From the NCBI GenBank assembly GCA_046758365.1, contig JBHIAC010000012.1:1-40004 (forward strand): a stretch of 40,004 bases of DNA. Direction: 5' to 3'. The notes below the pieces were generated by a model. It saw nothing but the letters and a program-made list of their open reading frames with translations. It had not been told where the DNA came from and did not search any database. Origin of the DNA: a bacterium (GTDB lineage: Bacteria > Zhuqueibacterota > Zhuqueibacteria > Oceanimicrobiales > Oceanimicrobiaceae). Positions 9,511 through 17,281 of the stretch are shown in pieces. Each line of letters begins with the position of its first letter. Position 1 is the first letter of the stretch. The position numbers and the translations under genes are program-made.

Positions 9511-9740
9511 ATATATAAATTCAAAAAAAGGTAAATGTTATAAATTTTTTATTTAATCTTTAAATTTAGGAATATTTTTATGATTGATATTGTTACCTCT
9601 ATCTGAAGTGTACAGAATATTTTTAGAAATTTTTACTAATAACCCCATCAAAATAAAATTTAAATTCGCTAACTATTTTAATTTTTTCCTCTTTATAATT
9701 AAATAAATTAAATTAATTAATGAAATTAGGGAGGTACCTA

Positions 9741-10376
9741 ATGAAAAGAATCAATCTATTAACAAGTCTAATGGCAGTGGTGTTAGCAATAGTTGTTACT
9801 TTTGCCATTGCTAATCTTGGTGCTCAGGAAAAAAAGCATGAGCCCAAGCCACTTACTCAAGAGCAGAAAATGATGATGAAAAACATGGCTATGAAAAACA
9901 TGGACAAGTTCATGTCCAATAAAGAAGCCATGATGAAGCTGCCTAAACATTTACAAAAAACCCAAAAAGAAACAATAAAGCATGGTGAAGAATTATTCAA
10001 TTCTAATACGGCTCTCAGTACCAACGGTCAAGCTTGTGCTAGTTGTCATCCAGGAGGTGGCACTACTGGAGGCGAGGCTGAAACCCCAATGAAAAGCGAA
10101 GTTACTGGGCAAACCTATAAACTACCCATTCCCAGCCTCATCGGTGCTGCTGCAACTTTTCCGAAATACAAAGTTCCCAACGACGCGGTGATTACGGTGG
10201 GTGATATGGCTAACAACTGCATTATGATGTTCATGGCCGCTCAACCATTAGACCCCAAAGGCAAAGAATTTAAAGCTTTAACTGCTTATGTTACCTCGTT
10301 GAGTAATGATGATAAGGTGTCCGTTGGCGAGGTACCCGAAATGATGAAAAAGATGATGATGGAAGGGATGAAGTAA
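9741..10376 (+). CDS. Periplasmic monoheme c-type cytochrome, TsdA/SoxA-like domain with Met-rich termini
   Basis: Signal peptide, one CASCH, downstream AATFPKY...VITVGDMANNCIMMFMAAQPL...KALTAYV resembling the His/Cys heme domain. GGAGG before ATG 9741 favours this start over 9720. Confidence 0.75.
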   Translation: MKRINLLTSLMAVVLAIVVTFAIANLGAQEKKHEPKPLTQEQKMMMKNMAMKNMDKFMSNKEAMMKLPKHLQKTQKETIKHGEELFNSNTALSTNGQACASCHPGGGTTGGEAETPMKSEVTGQTYKLPIPSLIGAAATFPKYKVPNDAVITVGDMANNCIMMFMAAQPLDPKGKEFKALTAYVTSLSNDDKVSVGEVPEMMKKMMMEGMK

Positions 10377-10396
10377 TTAAATAACGAACTCTAATG

Positions 10397-10443
10397 AACG
10401 CGGTGATTTTTAATTTTGCGGGAAGGATCACCGCGTTTTTTTT
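10397..10443 (+). terminator. Intra-operon hairpin with U-tract
   Basis: AACGCGGTGAT (10397-10407) pairs with ATCACCGCGTT (10427-10437), followed by a T run. The 19-nt loop is unusually large. Confidence 0.55.
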
Positions 10444-10488
10444 GTTTAAGATAAGAAAATTTAGCAACACTAGAAAGAAAAGGAAAAA

Positions 10489-11505
10489 ATGAATAAATTT
10501 GTTACTATTTTATTACTATTTTTATTTATACATCTTTCAGCGATTCAAGCACAAAATGGAGAGAAGGATAACCTTTGGAGTGGAACACCACAAGAAGCTT
10601 TTTTAAAAAGCGAGATAGTACAAACATATCAATGTACAAGCTGCCACACCATTGCTGAACGTGGAGGAACCGTTGGTCCGATATTAAATCAGGTGGGTAA
10701 CCGCCGCACGAAGGAATGGCTAAAGGAATGGTTGAAAGATCCCCAACAAGTCAAACCGGGTACGAAAATGCCTAAGTTTGATTTTACTTCTGAACAATTT
10801 AAAAAGGCTGTAGATTATTTATCAAATATGAAGAAGGAGCTTAGAACTGATAAAATCCTTGCCAAAGATAATTCTCTCGTTGAAAAGGGTGAACAATTAT
10901 TTAAAGAGTATGATTGCTTAGCCTGCCATCGCCATGGATCAGAAGGTCGATTTGTGGGGCCTGATCTTACTTGGGTAGGCCTTAGGAAAACGGAGTCTTG
11001 GGAGAAAATTTGGCTCGCCGATCCCCCTGCATTTAAGCCTGATGCATTTATGCCCAATTTCCATATACCCAAGAAAGGCATCGAAGCTCTTGCAGAATTT
11101 TTACATACGCAACAAGGTCATAAAAATTCAGATTCTCAGGAATGGGAATTCCGAACAAATTTTTTCCTGGGCAACAATGCCAATGAAAGAGGAGAATTAG
11201 TGTTTAAGCGCTTTGCCTGTTGGGCCTGTCATGGAGAAAATGGCCGAGGTGGAATAAAAAATCCCAATATGGCCCCAGTTGAATTAATCCCATCTTTGAA
11301 ACAAACTACGGTTAACTATACAGAAACTGATCTTTTGGAAAGACTGAAAAAGAAATCAATGCCAGAAGCCCTAGACCCGTCTAAGCCGCCTCCACCTTTC
11401 TTTTGTCCAGATTATGGTAATTACATGGAGGCATCGGAATTTAGCGACCTCTATGCTTATTTGAAATCTTTTGCACCTAAAAAACGTAAATGGCGATTTA
11501 AATAA
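10489..11505 (+). CDS. Periplasmic triheme c-type cytochrome
   Basis: Signal peptide; CTSCH, CLACH, CWACH. Class I domains with GP-L and KPGTKMP / KPDAFMP Met-ligand motifs; the third domain has PPPFFCP. Confidence 0.88.
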   Translation: MNKFVTILLLFLFIHLSAIQAQNGEKDNLWSGTPQEAFLKSEIVQTYQCTSCHTIAERGGTVGPILNQVGNRRTKEWLKEWLKDPQQVKPGTKMPKFDFTSEQFKKAVDYLSNMKKELRTDKILAKDNSLVEKGEQLFKEYDCLACHRHGSEGRFVGPDLTWVGLRKTESWEKIWLADPPAFKPDAFMPNFHIPKKGIEALAEFLHTQQGHKNSDSQEWEFRTNFFLGNNANERGELVFKRFACWACHGENGRGGIKNPNMAPVELIPSLKQTTVNYTETDLLERLKKKSMPEALDPSKPPPPFFCPDYGNYMEASEFSDLYAYLKSFAPKKRKWRFK

Positions 11506-11522
11506 AATAAGGAGTATAAACT

Positions 11523-12302
11523 GTGATAGTAAAAAGATTAATTAAAAAGATATTAGTAATTTTTGTTATTTTCTTTGCTACTCTATTTACTTATGTTAAT
11601 AAAAGTACATCTAATGAAAAAGTTTCAGAAAGCAATTCTAAAACAGCATTAATAGTAAATGGGGGCAACATTACAGGGGACGTTAGGTTTCCCGAGGCCT
11701 ATCCTGAGCGGGAAAAGATAATCATTACTAAAGACCATCAAGTTTGTGGAGCATTTCAATATTCCGAGGACTTTGTTGTTTCAGAAGAAAATCGTGGTCT
11801 TCAAAATGTAGTAGTTTCTTTATTGAATGTAAAAGCTGGAAAAAAAGCCTCAGTAAAAGCAATAGCAACTTTAAATCAAAAAGGTTGTCGGTATATTCCC
11901 CACGTACAAGCGGTGCCAGTAGGCACAACTTTAGAAATCTTAAATAACGATGGCGTTTTACACAATGTGCACGCTTATTTCAATAGCTTAGATCCAGGTA
12001 ATACCGTTTTTAATAAAGCGCAACCGAAGTTTCTCAAAAAATTTGAACAGACTCTGAATAAAGCTAGTATTTATTACTTTAAATGTGATGTTCATGACCA
12101 CATGAGCGCTTATATCGCAGTGATGGATCACCCATATTATGCCGTTACGGATGAAATGGGTAAATTTACCATTTCCGATGTCCCAGCAGGTTCCTATAAG
12201 ATTCAAGCTTGGCACGAAGCCTTAGGCACATTAGAAAAAAAAGTTACGGTTGTGGCTGGTAAAACCGCTGAGGTGAATTTTGAGATATTACCCAATGAGT
12301 AG
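11523..12302 (+). CDS. Cupredoxin-like (type-1 Cu motif) protein with carboxypeptidase-regulatory-like C-terminal domain
   Basis: N-terminal signal/TM, QKGCRYIPHV, HNVH and CDVHDHM (H-C-H-M ligand set), C-terminal VTDEMGKFTISDVPAGSYKIQAWHE. Confidence 0.8.
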   Translation: MIVKRLIKKILVIFVIFFATLFTYVNKSTSNEKVSESNSKTALIVNGGNITGDVRFPEAYPEREKIIITKDHQVCGAFQYSEDFVVSEENRGLQNVVVSLLNVKAGKKASVKAIATLNQKGCRYIPHVQAVPVGTTLEILNNDGVLHNVHAYFNSLDPGNTVFNKAQPKFLKKFEQTLNKASIYYFKCDVHDHMSAYIAVMDHPYYAVTDEMGKFTISDVPAGSYKIQAWHEALGTLEKKVTVVAGKTAEVNFEILPNE

Positions 12303-12328
12303 TTAATTTTTTCGAAATTTAATCTATT

Positions 12329-12369
12329 AAAAAGGCATTGACATTTCGTCAATGCCTTTTTATTTTTTT
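12329..12369 (+). terminator. Rho-independent terminator of the cytochrome operon
   Basis: AAAAAGGCATTGAC-ATTTC-GTCAATGCCTTTTT followed by ATTTTTT. Confidence 0.85.
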
Positions 12370-12449
12370 CCAAAAGGGAAAGACAATCGATTCTTTTTTT
12401 ATAAATAATTACAAAAGTGATCAATTCAACCAAGATTTTATTCAATCGC

Positions 12450-12478
12450 TTGAATTATACTTCTTTTTTTTGTATTTT
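12450..12478 (+). promoter_or_regulatory. Possible sigma70-type promoter
   Basis: TTGAAT (12450-12455), 17 bp, TATTTT (12473-12478). The AT-rich context makes a chance match possible. Confidence 0.35.
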
Positions 12479-12479
12479 G

Positions 12480-12587
12480 AGACTTCTGCAAAATAGGGTG
12501 TACAACCTTTAGGTTGAGATTGTCATAAGCAGGCTGAAGCCTGTACACCCATTTTGAGTATGCTTTAAATTAATTTTGCAGAAGTCT
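12480..12587. mobile_element. 108-bp MITE-like element with 15-bp terminal inverted repeats and an internal REP-like doublet
   Basis: AGACTTCTGCAAAAT (12480-12494) / ATTTTGCAGAAGTCT (12573-12587). Inner GGGTGTACA / TGTACACCC encloses hairpins CAACCT-TT-AGGTTG and CAGGCT-GA-AGCCTG. Confidence 0.7.
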
Positions 12588-12605
12588 GTTAGATAAAAAA
12601 CAATG

Positions 12606-12710
12606 GAGTCATTAAGTCATAACGCTTCGCTGTCATTTATAGTCATTAGTTAGGTTTGAAGTCAGGGTTCAATGACGCTGAAGGCAAATGACACAATGAC
12701 TGAATGACTA
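12606..12710. repeat. Inverted array of GTCAT(T) / AATGAC repeats
   Basis: GTCAT(T) at 12608, 12616, 12632, 12642 mirrored by AATGAC at 12671, 12687, 12695, 12703. Confidence 0.7.
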
Positions 12711-12802
12711 TTATGATCATTGAGTTCTGGGATATTATTAGCCATTTTTTCTTGCCCAAAAAAACAAAGATTTAATTGGTAATACAATAGACTAAATAAA
12801 TC

Positions 12803-14419
12803 ATGGCTTTATTAGACTGGCTTATATTATTTGTATATTTAATCGGCATTGTTGGATTAGGGGTTTGGTTAGGAAAGCGTCAGCGAACGACCGAGGACTA
12901 TTTTCTTGGGGGTAGAAAAATGGGGCCAGCTATCATTGCTACCTCACTGGCGGCCAATCAGGTGAGTGCTATTAGTTTAATCGGCGCACCGGCTTTTGTT
13001 GCACTCAAAACTGGAGGAGGTATAAAATGGCTTCAATACGAATTCGCGGTTCCTTTAGCCATGATCGCTATTATGTTTTTACTGGTACCTGTATTTCGAC
13101 AGCTCTCGGGGGCTTCAGTCTATGAATATGCCGAACATCGCTTTGGTACAGGGACTAGGCTTATTTTATCTGCCCTTTTTATGTTCTCACGTGGTCTATC
13201 AACAAGCGTTATTCTTTACACTTCAGCGCTGGTTCTCGCCGTAGTCCTTGATTTACCTATTTCGACAACGATGATCATCATGGCGGTAGTTGCAATTGCT
13301 TACACGACCATTGGTGGAATTATGGCTGATGTTTACAGCGATATATTACAGCTTATAATTTTGTATTCAGGGGTGCTTGTAGCGCTGGTAGTGGCTTTGG
13401 ATTTTCTAGGTGGAAATATTTCTTCTATTTATATAGAGCCAACCCGTCTCAATGCCGTAGATTTTTCTCATCACGGGTTTGGGGATGGACAAACCTTTGC
13501 TTTTTGGCCTATGTTGATTGGGTGCTTTTTTCTTTACATGAGCTATTACGGCTGTGATCAAAGTCAGGCGCAGCGTCTTCTTGCCACGCCAGACCTCAAG
13601 CGTACCCAATATGCCCTAATGCTCAATGGCCTAATCCGGTTTCCTGTGGTGTTTACTTACATCTTATTTGGGGTCGTGCTGGCAGCTTTTATTCAATTAC
13701 ATCCAGATTTTGGTTCCCTACTCCAAGGTAAAAATCCTGATTATCTTGTACCTACCTTTATGATTAACTATTTGCCTATAGGTTTGGTTGGCCTGGTAAT
13801 GGCAGGACTGTTTGCGGCCTCTATGTCCAGCATAGATTCTGCCTTAAACTCTCTCTCGGCTGTAACAGTTACAGATTTTGTAATACGATATAAACCTGAG
13901 TTACAAGACAATTCCCAGAGCATGCTACGCCTATCCCGTTTCATTACTCTTTTATGGGGAATATTTAGTGGTGCAGGAGCCTACTTTGTAGCTCGCTCTT
14001 CGGCCACAGTCATCGAGGTGGTGAACATGATTGGATCAGTATTTTCAGGTCCTATTCTAGCTACTTTTCTTGGTGGAATTTTGTTTAAAGGATTATCAGG
14101 GCCTGGAGTGATTGTAGGGATCATTGCTGGAACAGGTTTGAGTATTGTAATTGGACAAACCATTTCAAGTATTTCCTGGCTCTGGTGGGGTCCTATTGGA
14201 TTTTTCACCACTTTGATTGTTGCTTCAGTTTATTCTAAGTTACTGCCAACTGAAATGGTTCGCTCTGAAAATTGGACATTAAAAGCCATTTTAAAATATA
14301 ATGTGAAACAAAAAAGATGGACTCAGGATAAAAGAGTGTATATATTAATGATCTACACCCTTTGTATTATAACAATAACATTGATTGTTTCGGCTCTCTT
14401 TAAAGAATTATTTAATTGA
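12803..14419 (+). CDS. Sodium:solute symporter (SSS family)
   Basis: EDYFLGGR, YEYAEHRFG, YTTIGGI, DQSQAQR, AGLFAASMSSIDS motifs; about 13-14 TM helices. Confidence 0.93.
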   Translation: MALLDWLILFVYLIGIVGLGVWLGKRQRTTEDYFLGGRKMGPAIIATSLAANQVSAISLIGAPAFVALKTGGGIKWLQYEFAVPLAMIAIMFLLVPVFRQLSGASVYEYAEHRFGTGTRLILSALFMFSRGLSTSVILYTSALVLAVVLDLPISTTMIIMAVVAIAYTTIGGIMADVYSDILQLIILYSGVLVALVVALDFLGGNISSIYIEPTRLNAVDFSHHGFGDGQTFAFWPMLIGCFFLYMSYYGCDQSQAQRLLATPDLKRTQYALMLNGLIRFPVVFTYILFGVVLAAFIQLHPDFGSLLQGKNPDYLVPTFMINYLPIGLVGLVMAGLFAASMSSIDSALNSLSAVTVTDFVIRYKPELQDNSQSMLRLSRFITLLWGIFSGAGAYFVARSSATVIEVVNMIGSVFSGPILATFLGGILFKGLSGPGVIVGIIAGTGLSIVIGQTISSISWLWWGPIGFFTTLIVASVYSKLLPTEMVRSENWTLKAILKYNVKQKRWTQDKRVYILMIYTLCIITITLIVSALFKELFN

Positions 14420-14458
14420 TTGATTTGTAAGCAGATGGTAGTAAACTAATATTGAAAA

Positions 14459-15163
14459 ATGGATTCCATAAATTACACAGATATGCTAATTTGGTACGTG
14501 GCCTTTCTATTTTCAGCCACGGCTCATGAAGCCTCTCATGCTTTGGCCGCTTTGAAGGGCGGAGATATAACGGCTTATCAAGGCGGACAAGTGACATTAA
14601 ATCCTATACCTCATATTAAGCGTTCACCCGTAGGTACCGTAGTTGTCCCTTTGATTTCTTACTTTTTGGGTGGTTGGATGATAGGCTGGGCGAGCGCTCC
14701 ATACGACCCGACTTGGGCGGAAAGACATCCGCGTCGTGCTGCTTGGATGGCAGCGGCTGGGCCAACTGCTAACTTTTTAATTGCCATATTGGCGTTTATT
14801 TTCATTAAGATTGGCCTCGCAACTGGAGTATTCGAGGCTCCAGATTTTGATAAAATTACACTTTCTAGTATGGTTGTTGCAGAGGTTGGAATCTGGATTG
14901 TCTTAGCAAAACTTTTAAGTATATTTTTAATGTTAAATCTAATTCTATTTATTTTCAACTTATTTCCTTTCCCACCACTGGATGGCAGCAGTGTGATTAC
15001 TCTGTTTATGTCCGAAGAAATGGCTCTGCAGTTCAGAAAATTTATGAGTCATCCCGCCTTTTCCTTTTTAGGCATTGTTCTTGCCTGGCGATTTTTTGTT
15101 TTGGTATTTAGAGAAGTATTCATTCTTGTATTTAAATTGATTCACTCCGGTACTAACTTTTAA
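14459..15163 (+). CDS. Site-2 protease (M50 intramembrane zinc metalloprotease, short form)
   Basis: HEASH zinc motif, TLNPIPHI, AAGPTAN, FNLFPFPPLDG. Confidence 0.92.
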   Translation: MDSINYTDMLIWYVAFLFSATAHEASHALAALKGGDITAYQGGQVTLNPIPHIKRSPVGTVVVPLISYFLGGWMIGWASAPYDPTWAERHPRRAAWMAAAGPTANFLIAILAFIFIKIGLATGVFEAPDFDKITLSSMVVAEVGIWIVLAKLLSIFLMLNLILFIFNLFPFPPLDGSSVITLFMSEEMALQFRKFMSHPAFSFLGIVLAWRFFVLVFREVFILVFKLIHSGTNF

Positions 15164-15370
15164 TTGATATTTTTTATCTCAGAAAAATAAGTTCGAATTT
15201 AATAAATTTTACATTTAATTTTTATTAACATTTTAACTTAAAAACATCACAAAATTGTTAATTTTTTCTTCATTTTTATATATTTTCAGTATGTTATAGG
15301 TTGTACCATGGTGAAACGATTGACTTTTTTAAAGTATCTGTCATAACGCAATTCTTGACAAGGAGATATC

Positions 15371-16504
15371 ATGAAATCATATCTTAAAATTCTGACCTTT
15401 CTTTTGTTTTTTTTAATAACTGAAATTTCTTTTGCACAACAAATTATTATCCAAACTGTACAGGTGAATGAAAATCTGGAAATATTTTTTTTGAATGATA
15501 TAGATATACTCAGTCCTTCATCAGGCCCTATAATATTTCGGATTATTCTTGAAAATCAGTATCCGGGAACACGAGATGTCCAGCTTTTATTCACTATTAA
15601 AAGTGAAAATTTTGGAATTCTTTTAAATGGCTCAACTAACTCTTTTCCGTTAAGCCCAGGTATTACTGAATTAACAAATAGAGATTTGTTTAAAGAATCC
15701 GGAAATTATAGTCTTCAAAGTACTAATATCTCTTCAGCGGCTGAGAGGTTGAAAGATAGCATTCTATCGACCGGAAAGCTTCCAACAGATACCTATGATT
15801 TCAGAACTGAAGTAATCGATCTAACAAGTGGTTCAAATGAGTCTCATTCAGACCAATTTCGAGTAAGAATCACAAATCCTAATAAATTAGATTTAATCTA
15901 TCCTGGTCATCCCGCAGATAGACAAATTGAAGATTGTGTGGAAATTTATACCAATCTTCCGCAATTTCGCTGGGAATCGGATATGAGGAGATTTCGAGTT
16001 ATTATTGCTGAAGCTCGACCGAGAGAAGATCCTGAAAGCGTTTTGAACCAAGAGCCAAGATTTGAAAGACTTTTTGCTATTAGTAGTGACAGAACGTTAG
16101 ATGCGACTTCCAATGAATCTGAACTTGCTGATGAAACAATACCTTCAACATCATTTCAATATCCATCTACTGGTGAAATTTTAACTTTGAGACCGGGCAG
16201 AACTTACTATTGGCGTGTCTTAGGTCAAGTTGAAACATCCAGCGGCACTTTTGAAATTAAAAGTGAAATTTATTGTTTTAGAATAGGCAAACTGGATCAA
16301 CTGGGAGTTGGTAATGAGCAGTTAGAATTTGTCTTAAGAAATTTGCTAGGGTCTGAGTACGATCGTCTTTTTGGCGAAGGGGGAGAGCTTGAAGGCTATC
16401 ATTCCAGGCGCATTGTCTTAAATGGTAAAGAAATTACTCTTGCAGAATTGCTCAAAAGGCTCAATCAACTTACTTCAAAATTCTCCGGCTATAGGGTTGA
16501 ATAA
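15371..16504 (+). CDS. Secreted hypothetical protein with two Ig/FN3-like beta-sandwich domains
   Basis: Signal peptide ending SFA-Q; GKLPTDTYDF, LIYPG, PQFRW, SFQYP, LRPGRTYYWRV, SEIYCFRI motifs. SD AGGAG. Confidence 0.7.
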   Translation: MKSYLKILTFLLFFLITEISFAQQIIIQTVQVNENLEIFFLNDIDILSPSSGPIIFRIILENQYPGTRDVQLLFTIKSENFGILLNGSTNSFPLSPGITELTNRDLFKESGNYSLQSTNISSAAERLKDSILSTGKLPTDTYDFRTEVIDLTSGSNESHSDQFRVRITNPNKLDLIYPGHPADRQIEDCVEIYTNLPQFRWESDMRRFRVIIAEARPREDPESVLNQEPRFERLFAISSDRTLDATSNESELADETIPSTSFQYPSTGEILTLRPGRTYYWRVLGQVETSSGTFEIKSEIYCFRIGKLDQLGVGNEQLEFVLRNLLGSEYDRLFGEGGELEGYHSRRIVLNGKEITLAELLKRLNQLTSKFSGYRVE

Positions 16505-16546
16505 TATATAAAAACTTTTAAAACTTTATTTTGTGAGGACAACATC

Positions 16547-17218
16547 ATGATAAAAATTTTCAAAATCTTTTCTAAAATTTTGTTATACATGACATTGATT
16601 TGTCCATCTCTTATTGCAGCAAATGACAAAGATGTAGCTTTAATGTTAAAGACCAAAGGCAAGGTGGAATTGAACAAGCAGGGGAGGCAGAACTGGGCTC
16701 CAGCCAGGCGAGGTGAGAGATTAAACTCTGGCGAAGTCATTCGAACCGGGGATAATTCTCTGGCAGCTTTAGTTTTTACTGATGACAAAACACTCTTAAA
16801 GGTTCGATCAAATTCAAATATTACCATCCATGGTAAGAGAGAGAAAAAACGCATCGTAAAAAGATTAGCTTTAAGTTTTGGTGAACTTTGGGCCAAAGTA
16901 ACCCAACAGAACACGAAAATGAGAGTTGAGACCCCTTCAGGCGTGGCTACGGTCAAAGGCACTGAGTTCAACTGCTTGTATAAAGAAAATTTCTATGTCT
17001 ATTGTGTGGAAGGATTGATGGATATATTTAATGAATTTGGAACGCTTTTGTTAGGGGCTGGTGAAATGGCTCGTATCGTTCAGGGGACACCCCCTGAGCG
17101 ATACGAGGGCAACCCAAATGAAATTTTCGACATGAGCGGGGATGACGAGGGCTTAAAACTTGAAATAGAATTTGAAGATGAAGAAGGAAGCAAGAAAAAA
17201 CTTATTATTGAATTTTAA
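16547..17218 (+). CDS. Secreted FecR-domain protein
   Basis: Signal peptide; KGKVE, LNSGEVIRTGDNSLAAL, VETPSGVATVKGTEF, CVEG motifs of the periplasmic FecR domain. No cytoplasmic anti-sigma N-terminus. Confidence 0.88.
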   Translation: MIKIFKIFSKILLYMTLICPSLIAANDKDVALMLKTKGKVELNKQGRQNWAPARRGERLNSGEVIRTGDNSLAALVFTDDKTLLKVRSNSNITIHGKREKKRIVKRLALSFGELWAKVTQQNTKMRVETPSGVATVKGTEFNCLYKENFYVYCVEGLMDIFNEFGTLLLGAGEMARIVQGTPPERYEGNPNEIFDMSGDDEGLKLEIEFEDEEGSKKKLIIEF

Positions 17219-17281
17219 TACCTCTGGTTTAGAATAATTTAAGCAATTTTTCGAAAAGACAATCTATTTAAGAGGCTCTCA

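Noticed and set aside
9741..10376. Assigning the gene symbol tsdA or soxA
   Set aside because: Only one heme motif, no second TsdA domain and no soxXYZB context. The similarity is at domain level only.
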